64,000 nt of DNA from an uncultured bacterium (GTDB lineage Bacteria > Patescibacteriota > Minisyncoccia > Phycocordibacterales > GWA1-40-21). Both the position numbers and the translations under genes were made by a program. The notes under the pieces are model-generated. The model searched no databases, was not told the DNA's origin, and saw only the letters and a list, made by a program, of their open reading frames with translations. This document shows positions 20,571 through 29,080 of the stretch, piece by piece. The DNA lies in the NCBI GenBank assembly GCA_963798465.1, contig CAWCTC010000001.1, forward strand, positions 528,465 to 592,464, written 5' to 3'. Each line of letters starts with the position of its first letter. Positions within the stretch are counted from its first letter, which is position 1.

Positions 20571-20857
20571 ATTTGATCAGTTAAATCATTCCATTCAGGA
20601 TTATTTTTTTCAATTAAATCTAGCTTTTTTCTTCTTGAACCCGCTTTTATTTGTTTTTCTCTTTCTATCGCACCTAACATTATCTCGCATGCTTCGTAAT
20701 ATACTAATGTATGAATGTTATATTTTTTTGTAAAACCATCGTTTTTATTTTCTTTATGCTCTTTTACTCTTCTCTTTAAATCAGAGGTTACTCCTGTATA
20801 TAATGTTCCATTTCTTTGACTTGCCATTATATAGATACATGGAATTTTGTCTTTCAT
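20567..20857 (-). CDS. Small stand-alone GIY-YIG nuclease (UPF0213/YhbQ-like)
   Basis: 96 aa with PCIYIMASQRNGTLYTGVTSDLKRRVKEHK (GIY..YIG-type block) and a conserved E in LGAIEREKQIK. It is inserted between dnaK and dnaJ. Confidence 0.85.
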   Translation of the reverse strand: MKDKIPCIYIMASQRNGTLYTGVTSDLKRRVKEHKENKNDGFTKKYNIHTLVYYEACEIMLGAIEREKQIKAGSRRKKLDLIEKNNPEWNDLTDQI

Positions 20858-20873
20858 AATTTTTCTATTTTCC

Positions 20874-20936
20874 CTGGATCACCACGCTTCGCTCGTGATG
20901 ACAAGCCTGGTTTGCTTCGCTTTCGCTCGCAATGAC
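20874..20936 (-). repeat. Two tandem GTCAT-hairpin-CCAG modules in reverse orientation (right arms flanking the GIY-YIG gene)
   Basis: CTGGATCACCACGCTTCGCTCGTGATGAC (20874-20902) and CTGGTTTGCTTCGCTTTCGCTCGCAATGAC (20907-20936). The second ends exactly at the dnaK stop codon. Confidence 0.85.
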
Positions 20937-22850
20937 TTACTTCTGACCTTCCTCTCCTTTCTCTTTGTATTCTGCGTCTTTGATATTGTCTCCAGATTTA
21001 TCCCCTGCCTTTTCTTCAGTTCCCGCTGTTTGTCCAGGAGCTTCTTTCTGAGCTTTTGCCATTGCTTCACCGATTTTTTGCATCTCTGTTGAAAGCGCTT
21101 CTGTTTTTGTTTTAATTGCGCTAGCATCTGTGCCATCTTTTACAGCTTTCAAATCGGAAATTTTATCTTCGACTCCTTTTACAACATCGGCTGGAATTTT
21201 TCCGCCATTATCTTTGATAGCTTTTTCTGCAGTGTAAATCATCTGTTCGGCAATATTTTTTGCTTCAACAGATTCTTTTTTCTTTGCATCTTCCGCCGCA
21301 TTCATTTCAGCTTCTTTTTTCATTCTTTCAATATCTTCTTTTTTCAAACCGGAGCTTGCTTCAATTCTGATTGATTGTTCTTTTCCAGAAGTTTTATCTT
21401 TTGCTTTAACATTCAAGATTCCGTTTGCATCAATGTCAAAAGTAACTTCAACTTGTGGCATTCCTCTAGGTGCTGGTGGTATTCCATCAAGAATAAATTT
21501 ACCAAGGCTCTTGTTATCAGACGCCATTGGTCTTTCTCCTTGAACGATGTGAATTTCTACAGAAGTTTGATTATCTGCAGCGGTTGAAAATACTTGGCTT
21601 CTTGAAGTTGGAATTGTTGTATTTTTTTCTACAAGGTGCGTTGCAACTCCGCCCATGGTTTCAATTCCAAGCGCAAGCGGAATAACATCAAGCAAAAGAA
21701 CATCTTTTACATCACCTCTCAAAATTCCTCCTTGAACCGCGGCGCCAAGCGCGACAACTTCATCAGGATTTACTGAAAGGTTTGGCTCTCTTCCGAATAA
21801 TTCTTTTACAGCAGCGACGATAGCCGGCATTCTTGTCTGACCTCCAACCATTATTACTTCGTTCAAATCTGCAATTTTAAAAGGCGAAGCGTCAATCGCT
21901 CTTTTTGCAATCATGATTGATCTGTCGATGAATTCTTTCGTTAGATTTTCTAAAGTCGCTCTTGAAAGTTTTATCAGCAAATGTTTTGGACCTGAAGCGT
22001 CTGATGTGACAAATGGAATATTTATTTCTGTTTCAAGTGCCGTTGAAAGTTCAATCTTTGCTTTTTCAGCAGCTTCATCAAGTCTTTGAAGTGAAAGCGG
22101 ATCTTTTCTCAAATCGATTCCATTTTCTTTCATGAATTGATCAGCCATAAAGTCTACGATTTTTCTGTCGATGTCACGGCCTCCCAAGTGCGAGTCTCCG
22201 TCAGTTGAGCGAACTTCAATTACAGAATCTCCGATTTCAAGAATTGAAATATCGAAAGTTCCTCCGCCGAAATCGTAAACTGCGATTTTTTCATTTGTTT
22301 TTTTGTTGAGTCCGTAAGCGAGAGCTGCGGCCGTTGGCTCGTTTATAATTCTCAAAACATTTAATCCGGCAATCTGTCCAGCATCTTTTGTCGCTTGTCT
22401 TTGCGAGTCATTGAAATAAGCCGGCACTGTGATAACAGCGTCAGTTATTTTTTCTCCGAGTCTTGCTTCCGCATCAGCTTTTAATTTTCCCAAAATCATC
22501 GCGGAAATTTCTTCCGGTCTGTATTTTTTATCAGCCATTGTTATTTCAACTCCGCCATTTGCAGCTTTTGAAATATCAAATGAGACTGAAGTCTTGTCTT
22601 TCTGAACTCCTGGATCATCGTATTGATGTCCCATGAATCTTTTTACCTGAAAAACTGTATTCTTTGGATTCGTGACAGCTTGGCGTCTTGCCAAAAGTCC
22701 GACAAGTTTTTCGCCTGTCTTTGTCGTAGCGACAATTGACGGAGTCGTTCTTGCACCTTCCGCATTTTCAATTATCTTCGGAGCATTTCCTTCCATCACA
22801 GCCATCGCTGAGAATGTCGTTCCTAAGTCTATTCCTAATATTTTTGACAT
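20937..22850 (-). CDS. dnaK: Chaperone DnaK (Hsp70)
   Basis: 637 aa with [19 protein letters not shown] and VGGQTRMP motifs. Confidence 0.98.
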   Translation of the reverse strand: MSKILGIDLGTTFSAMAVMEGNAPKIIENAEGARTTPSIVATTKTGEKLVGLLARRQAVTNPKNTVFQVKRFMGHQYDDPGVQKDKTSVSFDISKAANGGVEITMADKKYRPEEISAMILGKLKADAEARLGEKITDAVITVPAYFNDSQRQATKDAGQIAGLNVLRIINEPTAAALAYGLNKKTNEKIAVYDFGGGTFDISILEIGDSVIEVRSTDGDSHLGGRDIDRKIVDFMADQFMKENGIDLRKDPLSLQRLDEAAEKAKIELSTALETEINIPFVTSDASGPKHLLIKLSRATLENLTKEFIDRSIMIAKRAIDASPFKIADLNEVIMVGGQTRMPAIVAAVKELFGREPNLSVNPDEVVALGAAVQGGILRGDVKDVLLLDVIPLALGIETMGGVATHLVEKNTTIPTSRSQVFSTAADNQTSVEIHIVQGERPMASDNKSLGKFILDGIPPAPRGMPQVEVTFDIDANGILNVKAKDKTSGKEQSIRIEASSGLKKEDIERMKKEAEMNAAEDAKKKESVEAKNIAEQMIYTAEKAIKDNGGKIPADVVKGVEDKISDLKAVKDGTDASAIKTKTEALSTEMQKIGEAMAKAQKEAPGQTAGTEEKAGDKSGDNIKDAEYKEKGEEGQK

Positions 22851-22893
22851 AATTTTATTTTAATTAATTTTATATTTTATAAAAAATCACTTT

Positions 22894-23052
22894 GTCATTC
22901 CCGCGGATGCGGGAATCCAGGTTAAATTGTATGTCTTTGCGAGGAGTATAGTGACGAAGCAATCCAGAATTAGTAGCGTCGCACTTATAGGACGGTTGTG
23001 CGACGTGACTTCGCTAAGTCAACCTGGGTTGCCACGCTTCGCTCGCAATGAC
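22894..23052. repeat. Composite cluster of three hairpin modules plus an extra hairpin
   Basis: The parts are: 22894-22920 GTCATTCCCGCGGATGCGGGAATCCAG (B type, forward); 22933-22967 GTCTTTGCGAGG..GACGAAGCAATCCAG (A type, long loop, forward); hairpin GTCGCAC..GTGCGAC at 22978-23004; and 23024-23052 CTGGGTTGCCACGCTTCGCTCGCAATGAC (reverse). Confidence 0.8.
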
Positions 23053-23063
23053 AATACAAAAAA

Positions 23064-23363
23064 TTATAAATTAGGAGCTCTTGTTGGTTGTGCGACAACA
23101 AATGATAAATCTTTTACCAAACTTAATATATCTGCAAAAAACGGACTGACAATCGGCTTAAAAGTTTCCGTTTCAAAATAAACTGGCAGTGCGAGAACTT
23201 CTTCTTGAGTTATGACATTTTCTTCAATAAGTTTTCCACAAACTGCTTTGGCAGTTATTTTTCCATTTATTTCAGTCAATTCAAAAACAACCAAAGCCAA
23301 AGAACCATTTGGCAATGTTATGGTTTTCTTTATGAATTTAGATTGTTTTTGTAAAGCTAACAT
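23064..23363 (-). CDS. Hypothetical protein (99 aa)
   Basis: An ORF only, with no motif I recognise. It is co-oriented between dnaK and the 611-aa gene and is bounded by repeat modules. Confidence 0.45.
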   Translation of the reverse strand: MLALQKQSKFIKKTITLPNGSLALVVFELTEINGKITAKAVCGKLIEENVITQEEVLALPVYFETETFKPIVSPFFADILSLVKDLSFVVAQPTRAPNL

Positions 23364-23387
23364 ATATTTATTATAACAATATTATTT

Positions 23388-23445
23388 ATCTTTGCGAGCG
23401 AAGCGAAGCAATCCAGAACCTAGTTTGCTTCGCTTTGCTCGTAAG
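23388..23445. repeat. Head-to-head pair of A-type modules (right arm degenerate)
   Basis: ATCTTTGCGAGCGAAGCGAAGCAATCCAG-AAC-CTAGTTTGCTTCGCTTTGCTCGTAAG. Confidence 0.8.
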
Positions 23446-23560
23446 AAATTTTGGTCGCTCACATATTCACCTACTACCAAAATTAGTATATCAAAAAAAA
23501 TTTTAAGAACAAAGTTCTAAGTATCTAAGTACTAGATCTAAGTTACAAAAGAGATAAGTG

Positions 23561-25396
23561 CTAAGACTTGCGAGGCACACGGAACACAAACTCGTAGTTG
23601 TCAACCCACCTATCGTCAGGCTTAGCGTAGAAGCTGTCCAGCCCCAGCTTGCCATCGTCGTTGCGGTACACATCGAACACGCCCGGGTAGCCACCGGAGC
23701 CGGAAATTTGTTTCATGCCTACTCTAAAATAATCTCCATTTGGTTGGTCGAGATATTGTAAACGAAGTTGAGGTCCGACTTCTGCTGGACATAATTCTAA
23801 GCCGAGCTTTTTTGCTTTTTCATATATTTCATCTGTCGTGGCTCCATTTGGAAAACCTAAATCTTTTACTGAGATTCTAACTAGATTGAGATGCTCTTGT
23901 TTTTTTGAAGTAGTAAAATCACGATTATCCATCATTGATTTGGCATAATCAGAAATCCAAACTTTATTTTCTTCCATTTCCTTGATTAATTCTTTTTTAT
24001 TTTTTCCACCTATTTCAGCTTCCATTTTCTTTATGGAACTTTCAGGAAATGACGTGTAAATATTTTCTATATCTGTTTTAAAAATATCTTTAAAGAGTGG
24101 GCCGATATAAGCTTTGGTATCTTTTGATATTTCTTTTTCACTATGAGCGATTTGCTCTGGTTTACAGTCTAGAACAATAGGCGCATCTTCTTGCGGATTC
24201 CTTTCTGATATGATTTCTTCAATTCTCGGGTCTCTTTGATAACCAAAGCCTTCTATTTTATTATTAATTTCATAAATAAATATAAGCTCATCTTTGTTTA
24301 GTTGTTCACCTTTTTTAGTTTTATTTTCTATTTTTGTGAGAAGCTTCATGTCTGCTTCTTTTTTTTCATATTGTTTTCCATCGGGGAATTTGGCAAGTTT
24401 TTCTTTTACAACATCACCAATATATGGGTCCATGTTTTGGTCATGAGCTATACCTCTTACTTCTCCAATATTATCTCCTTGCATACGAATAGCAACTCTA
24501 GGAATAGTTGGCTTTCCTTCTTTATCATTTGAATAATATACATAGAAGTCTCCGCCTTTTAGCTGAGCTTCTGCTGTTGATTCTCCTGCTGTACACCAAC
24601 CAGTTCCGTAACCTTGAAGTGAATTTACAAGTGGCATGTGATCTGAGTTTTGGTCGTATTTAATCCATTCACCTTCTGTTGTTTCAAGTTCGTTCTTTTC
24701 TGTTGGAGTTACTTTTTCTATGGCATAAGCGTAAAGTTTACCGAAGCTCGCACCATCTAGAAGTTGTTTTAATTCTGGATTATTATCTGTGGCTTCTATC
24801 TTTTCATTATTTGCTTTTTTGATAATTGCATCTACAACGTACGCTAAAGCTTCTCTGTTTATATCAGGAAATGGTGCAACTGTGCCTTTGTCTCTTTTTG
24901 CAAAAGTGTGTTTTTCTTTATCAAACGTAGAAAGCTTGAGCATGCTTGTGAATGCCCAATACTTTGCCCACATAGGGTATGCGTCTGCGTCTGGAGAAGT
25001 GAAATAATTAGTCCAGTTGTCTAAGGTGGTTTCTTGGTCTTTTACAACAACTTCACTGAGTTGCTTTCGCATTTCTTCTGTAATATCAATGTCGCCGTGA
25101 CCTTGTTCACGAGCTAATCGCTTTTGGTTTTCATAATAACCTTCTGGGATTTCATTTGGGTCAATGACATATTCTTTATGATAATATTCTTTGATTCTTT
25201 CTAATACACGAGGATCATCTCTGTGTCCTGTGTGAGTTTGTTTTATGACTTCAAGCCAGTCAGATATCTTTTCTGCTGGTTTTTGTGAGGTTTCTTCATC
25301 ACGGGCTTCGAGTCTTTCTTTTTCATGTTCAACAGCTTCACTTGTGTGAAGTTTTGGGTCTCTCTTGTGTAAAAATTGTTCGCCGAAGTTTTCCAT
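23561..25396 (-). CDS. Hypothetical protein (611 aa) with compositionally foreign 3' end
   Basis: A long clean ORF with no signal peptide and a charged, helical N-terminus. It has a central block GYGTGWCTAGESTAEAQLKGGDFYVYYS and no family I can name. Confidence 0.6.
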   Translation of the reverse strand: MENFGEQFLHKRDPKLHTSEAVEHEKERLEARDEETSQKPAEKISDWLEVIKQTHTGHRDDPRVLERIKEYYHKEYVIDPNEIPEGYYENQKRLAREQGHGDIDITEEMRKQLSEVVVKDQETTLDNWTNYFTSPDADAYPMWAKYWAFTSMLKLSTFDKEKHTFAKRDKGTVAPFPDINREALAYVVDAIIKKANNEKIEATDNNPELKQLLDGASFGKLYAYAIEKVTPTEKNELETTEGEWIKYDQNSDHMPLVNSLQGYGTGWCTAGESTAEAQLKGGDFYVYYSNDKEGKPTIPRVAIRMQGDNIGEVRGIAHDQNMDPYIGDVVKEKLAKFPDGKQYEKKEADMKLLTKIENKTKKGEQLNKDELIFIYEINNKIEGFGYQRDPRIEEIISERNPQEDAPIVLDCKPEQIAHSEKEISKDTKAYIGPLFKDIFKTDIENIYTSFPESSIKKMEAEIGGKNKKELIKEMEENKVWISDYAKSMMDNRDFTTSKKQEHLNLVRISVKDLGFPNGATTDEIYEKAKKLGLELCPAEVGPQLRLQYLDQPNGDYFRVGMKQISGSGGYPGVFDVYRNDDGKLGLDSFYAKPDDRWVDNYEFVFRVPRKS

Positions 25397-25435
25397 ATGT
25401 TTATTATATCAAATTATTAATATATTTTATTTCTT

Positions 25436-25496
25436 GTCTTTGCGAGCGAAGCGAAGCAATCCAGAACCTAGTTTGCTTCGCTTCGCTCGCAATGAC
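25436..25496. repeat. Perfect head-to-head pair of A-type modules (60-nt palindrome)
   Basis: GTCTTTGCGAGCGAAGCGAAGCAATCCAG-AAC-CTAGTTTGCTTCGCTTCGCTCGCAATGAC. The 20-nt arms TTGCGAGCGAAGCGAAGCAA and TTGCTTCGCTTCGCTCGCAA are exact complements. It ends exactly at the grpE stop. Confidence 0.9.
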
Positions 25497-26120
25497 CTAT
25501 TTCTTAAACTCTGCCACAACCACCTGAGCAGCTTTCATTACTCTGTCATTTAAAATATAACCTTTCTTTTTTACTTCCGTTATTATTCCGTCTTTTTTTT
25601 CATCTTCTGTTGCAACATGCTCGACTGCAACATGGAATTTCGGATCAAATTTTTCTCCGATTGGATTCATTACTTTGAAATTATTCTCATCGAGAATCTT
25701 CAAAAGCTGAGTGTGAATATATTCCACACCTATTCTCCAATTCTTATCTACTTTTTCCCAAGCTTCCTTGTTTGAAAAAGCCATTTCAAAACTGTCGAGA
25801 ACCTGCGTGATTTCTTCAAGCAAACTTTCATTTGCATATTTTATAACTTCAACTTTTTCATTTTCAATTCTCTTTTTGTAATTAATGAAATCGGCTCTTT
25901 CTCTTTGCCAGCCATCAAGATTTTCCTGTTTTTCTTTTTCAAGAATTTTTATCTTTTCTTTCAGCTTTTTAACAAGCGCTTCTGGAGCTTCATTTTCTTC
26001 GTCCACGACAACATCATCAACCTGCTTTTTAGAGGTCTTTTTGCTTGCCACGAGGTCATCAGACTTTTCGTGGCCTTCTTCTTCGTATATTATATCGTCA
26101 TTAATATCGTTTTTATTCAT
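25497..26120 (-). CDS. grpE: Nucleotide exchange factor GrpE
   Basis: 207 aa with an acidic N-terminus, a coiled coil, and a C-terminal GrpE block (FDPKFHVAVEHV..GYILNDRVMKAAQVVV). Confidence 0.93.
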   Translation of the reverse strand: MNKNDINDDIIYEEEGHEKSDDLVASKKTSKKQVDDVVVDEENEAPEALVKKLKEKIKILEKEKQENLDGWQRERADFINYKKRIENEKVEVIKYANESLLEEITQVLDSFEMAFSNKEAWEKVDKNWRIGVEYIHTQLLKILDENNFKVMNPIGEKFDPKFHVAVEHVATEDEKKDGIITEVKKKGYILNDRVMKAAQVVVAEFKK

Positions 26121-26277
26121 CCTATTTAGAAATTATAACAACTATACTTATATTAAAATCTGTCCTATTTTCAATAAAAATCAACTTTTCCTTGTGTCTT
26201 TCTACCCTGTGAATTTCTAACAGGACAAGTATTTATAGGTATTTTATCATATTTTTTATAATAATCAAATTTGGTGC

Positions 26278-26305
26278 TTGACGAAATAAATTAATATGTT
26301 ATGAT
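26278..26305 (+). promoter_or_regulatory. Near-consensus sigma70-type promoter with extended -10
   Basis: TTGACG (26278-83), a 16-nt spacer ending in TGT, then TATGAT (26300-05). No plus-strand ORF lies downstream. Confidence 0.65.
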
Positions 26306-26311
26306 ACTTTC

Positions 26312-26563
26312 GTAGCGTTTCCCGGCTTTCAACATGACAGGGATAGGATGGTATTTGAGACCAATCCAAAAAATACTCATTACAAGCAGTTGAACTTAGT
26401 TATACTGCTTACAGTTTGGCTCAAACAAACTGATTGAATACTAAGGTGCCTAAGACGTCTACGGTCTTAGAATCACTTGAACAGAGATGAGGATTGACTT
26501 GTGAGAGATCAATCCGATAATCCAAACTCACCCCCAGGCGTAAAAACCTGGGGTTATTTTTTT
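26312..26563 (+). ncRNA. Orphan structured RNA (~250 nt), class unknown
   Basis: It sits between the promoter above and an intrinsic terminator, CCCCAGG-CGTAAAAA-CCTGGGG + T7 (26532-26563). Several local hairpins are visible (AAGCAGT..ACTGCTT, CTAAGAC..GTCTTAG, GGATTGA..TCAATCC). GC is higher than the surroundings by eye, and there is no ORF. Confidence 0.55.
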
Positions 26564-26721
26564 GCAAAAATTTTAAAACAAAAAAAACCGCCGAAAAGCG
26601 GTTTATTTAATTTTATATTTTCTATCTCTTACGTCACAACTTGAACTTTCGTCGCCACTCAAGTTCAGTCGCGACCCTGCCTCAGTATTGCTCGTTGCTA
26701 CTCACAATATACTTGCGGCCG

Positions 26722-26752
26722 TCAAAACGAAAAACTCCCTTTCGGGAGTTTT
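26722..26752 (-). terminator. Rho-independent terminator after rpsI
   Basis: In minus sense, directly after TAA: AAAACTCCC-GAAA-GGGAGTTTTTCGTTTT. Confidence 0.85.
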
Positions 26753-27163
26753 TTAACGTTTTGACCACTGTGGAGCTTTTCTTGCTTTTTTCAAACCGAA
26801 TTTTCTTCTTTCTTTTGCTCTTGGATCTCTCTTCAGGAATCCTTCTTTCTTCAAATCTTTTCTGAGTTCAGGATTCATTTCGATCAAAATTCTTGCGATT
26901 CCGTGTCTGATAGCTTCAGCCTGAGAATTGATTCCTCCGCCAGAAACCATAACTGTGATAGCTAAATGCCCTGGAAGTTTTGCCGTAGCCAAAGATTCTC
27001 CGACAATTATTCTCTGAGCTTCAGTCTTGAAATAATCATCAATGCTTTTTCCGTCATTTATTGAAAAAGAATTTTTAGCGGCTGCTGTAGCTCTGACTCT
27101 GGCGATTGAAGTTTTTCTTCTTCCGACAGCTTCTATGTATTTGTGTTTTATTGTTTCCGGCAT
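26753..27163 (-). CDS. rpsI: 30S ribosomal protein S9
   Basis: GRRKTSIARVR, then GGG..QAEAIRHGIARIL, with a C-terminal KAPQWSKR. Confidence 0.97.
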   Translation of the reverse strand: MPETIKHKYIEAVGRRKTSIARVRATAAAKNSFSINDGKSIDDYFKTEAQRIIVGESLATAKLPGHLAITVMVSGGGINSQAEAIRHGIARILIEMNPELRKDLKKEGFLKRDPRAKERRKFGLKKARKAPQWSKR

Positions 27164-27167
27164 TTTA

Positions 27168-27519
27168 TTATTCCTTAATAATTAAATTTCTGATAATTCT
27201 TGATTTCAATTTATTTCTTGGAATCATTCCTGAAATAGCAAGTTTCAATAAGCCAGCTTTTCCTTTTTTGTCTATCATCTGCTCCATGCTTTTTTCATAA
27301 AGTCCTCCTGGAAAACCGGAATACTTTTTGTAAACTGTTTTTAATTTTCCTTCGAAAATATCGAGCTTTGCCGGCATTTTCAATTTTAACCTCTACATTA
27401 AAAACAACATTTCTCGCATAATCAACGCGATTTTTTCCGATAAGCAAAGCTGTAGCTTCCGTGGCTATTCTTCCAAGTTTTTTACCGTCTGCATTTATTG
27501 TGTAAATTTTCTTTTCCAT
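27168..27519 (-). pseudogene. rplM: 50S ribosomal protein L13, frame broken by a single extra base
   Basis: ORFs 27295..27519 (MEKKIYTINADGKKLGRIATEATALLIGKNR..VEVKIENAGK) and 27168..27383 (..LDIFEGKLKTVYKKYSGFPGG..) join if one G is removed (GGC AAA [G] CTC GAT). The span length is 1 mod 3. Confidence 0.85.
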
Positions 27520-27638
27520 CCAGTTGTAAAATTTTAATGTTTATAATGTTTGTAAATAAATTGTTTGCTGATTATATTTTTGCGTTTTCTATACTACATG
27601 TTTTCGCTGAATTTACAACGGGACACGTGTTATTTATA

Positions 27639-27986
27639 TTATACAAATTCTATCTGAGCCATTTTTGCCGAGTCTGATAATCTTGTCTGAATCTTGGTAA
27701 TTCTTAAATATCCACCTGCTCTTGTTTTATATTTTGGTGCGAGTACTTTAATTATTTTTACGGCTGAAGTGCTTCCGATCTTTCCAGCGATAACTCTCAG
27801 AGAATTTAAACTTCCATCTTTTCCTTTCGTAATTAATTTTTCAACAAAAGGTTTCAAAACTTTAGCTTTGATTTCTGTCGTAGTAATTTTCTCATATCTT
27901 ATTAAAGATACGGCAAGAGTCTTGATCAATGCATTTCTTTGATTCATTCCTCTGCTTAATTGTTTTTTCTTATTTCCGTGTAACAT
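27639..27986 (-). CDS. rplQ: 50S ribosomal protein L17
   Basis: 115 aa (..NQRNALIKTLAVSLIRYEKITTTEIKAKVLKPFVEKLITKGK..); it follows rpoA. Confidence 0.95.
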   Translation of the reverse strand: MLHGNKKKQLSRGMNQRNALIKTLAVSLIRYEKITTTEIKAKVLKPFVEKLITKGKDGSLNSLRVIAGKIGSTSAVKIIKVLAPKYKTRAGGYLRITKIQTRLSDSAKMAQIEFV

Positions 27987-28010
27987 TGTTTTTATTTTGA
28001 AATTTTTAAT

Positions 28011-28039
28011 CTGGTTTGCTTCGCTTTCGCTCGCAATGA
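28011..28039 (-). repeat. Solo A-type module (reverse orientation) in the rpoA-rplQ spacer
   Basis: CTGGTTTGCTTCGCTTTCGCTCGCAATGAA, ending 2 nt from the rpoA stop codon. Confidence 0.8.
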
Positions 28040-28041
28040 AA

Positions 28042-29002
28042 TTATTTTAAAGTTATTCCGTAATTTGAAAGGGCTTTTTTGATTTCCTGAATTCCTTTTG
28101 AGCCCAAACCTTCTATGTCCGTCAAATCTTTTTCTTTCTTTTTTGCAAGACCGCCGACTGTTCTGATATTTGCATTTGAAAGCGCATTCGCCGTTCTAAC
28201 AGACAAATCCAAAGTTTCAATTCTTGTTTTCAAAAATTCTGAATCGTCCTCTTTTTCTTCATCTTCGCCTTTTTCAGCTTTTTTGACTTCTTTTATTTCA
28301 ACCGGTTCTTCAAAACCTACAATAGCTTTAAGTTGTTCAAGCATTATGAAAATTGATTTTTCAAGAGTTTCTTTCGGTGCAATCGAACCGTCGGTTGCAA
28401 TCGTGAAAGTGAGTTTGTTGAAATCTGTTCTGTCTCCGACTCTCATATTTTCAACTTCATAGTTTACTCTTCTTACTGGAGTGAAAATTGCATCGGTAGC
28501 TATGATTCCTATTTCAACTTTATCTTTTTGTATTTCTTCTTTTGGAACAAAACCTAAACCTCTCTGTATTTTCATTTCTATGGAAAGTTCTGTCGCCTTG
28601 TCCGTGATTGATGCGATATGCTGATCCGGATTCAAAACCTCAACCTGTCCTGGAACTGTTATATCTGCAGCGGTAACATCTTTTATTCCTTTTACATTCA
28701 AAGTAACTGTCTGTTCTTCATCGTTTACAACCTTAAATCTGATTTTTTTCAAATTCAAAATTATATTTATGATATCTTCCTTCACGCCTTTCATAGTTGA
28801 AAATTCATGATCAACTCCGTCTATTTTTACAGTCGTTATTGCAACTCCAGGAATAGAAGAAAGAATAATCCTTCTTAAAGAATTACCCAAGTGTATGCCC
28901 ATAGCCCGGATAGAGTCCGTCTATTTCATAAACTCCGGAATTTCCATCTTCTGAAACCATTCTTGGTTTTCCCGGCAATAATATTTTATATTGTTCAGAC
29001 AT
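28042..29002 (-). pseudogene. rpoA: RNA polymerase alpha subunit, frame broken by a single extra base near codon 40
   Basis: ATG 29002 gives MSEQYKILLPGKPRMVSEDGNSGVYEIDGLYPGYGHTLG*. ORF 28042..28902 continues with ..GNSLRRIILSSIPG. Removing one T (CTT GGG [T]AA TTC) restores the universal GYGxTLGNxLRR motif. The span is 961 nt. Confidence 0.88.
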
Positions 29003-29080
29003 ATTTTTTGTGCCTCTTTGATTTTTAGAATCTCAGTAGGCCGATTAAATTAATAATTTATTTAATAATTTTAAAATTGA

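Noticed and set aside
20847-23181. ORFs 20847..21092(+), 20879..21136(-) and 22927..23181(+) as genes
   Set aside because: The first two overlap the dnaK 3' end and the repeat modules. The third is generated by the repeat cluster itself (..LPRFARNDN.. is the translation of a module). All three are spurious.
20542-25496. A CRISPR array formed by the repeated GCGAGCGAAGCGAAGCAA-type sequences
   Set aside because: The repeats are inverted pairs and hairpins in both orientations. They are irregularly spaced and separated by whole genes rather than by uniform 30-40-nt spacers. No cas genes are present.
26312-26752. Assigning the orphan RNA(s) to RNase P RNA, tmRNA, SRP RNA or 6S RNA
   Set aside because: I could not find the diagnostic motifs (GAGGAAAGTCC; a tRNA-like CCA-proximal end and tag ORF; the GGAAGCAGC helix-8 motif) or a convincing 6S closing stem with a central bubble. 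The class is left open.
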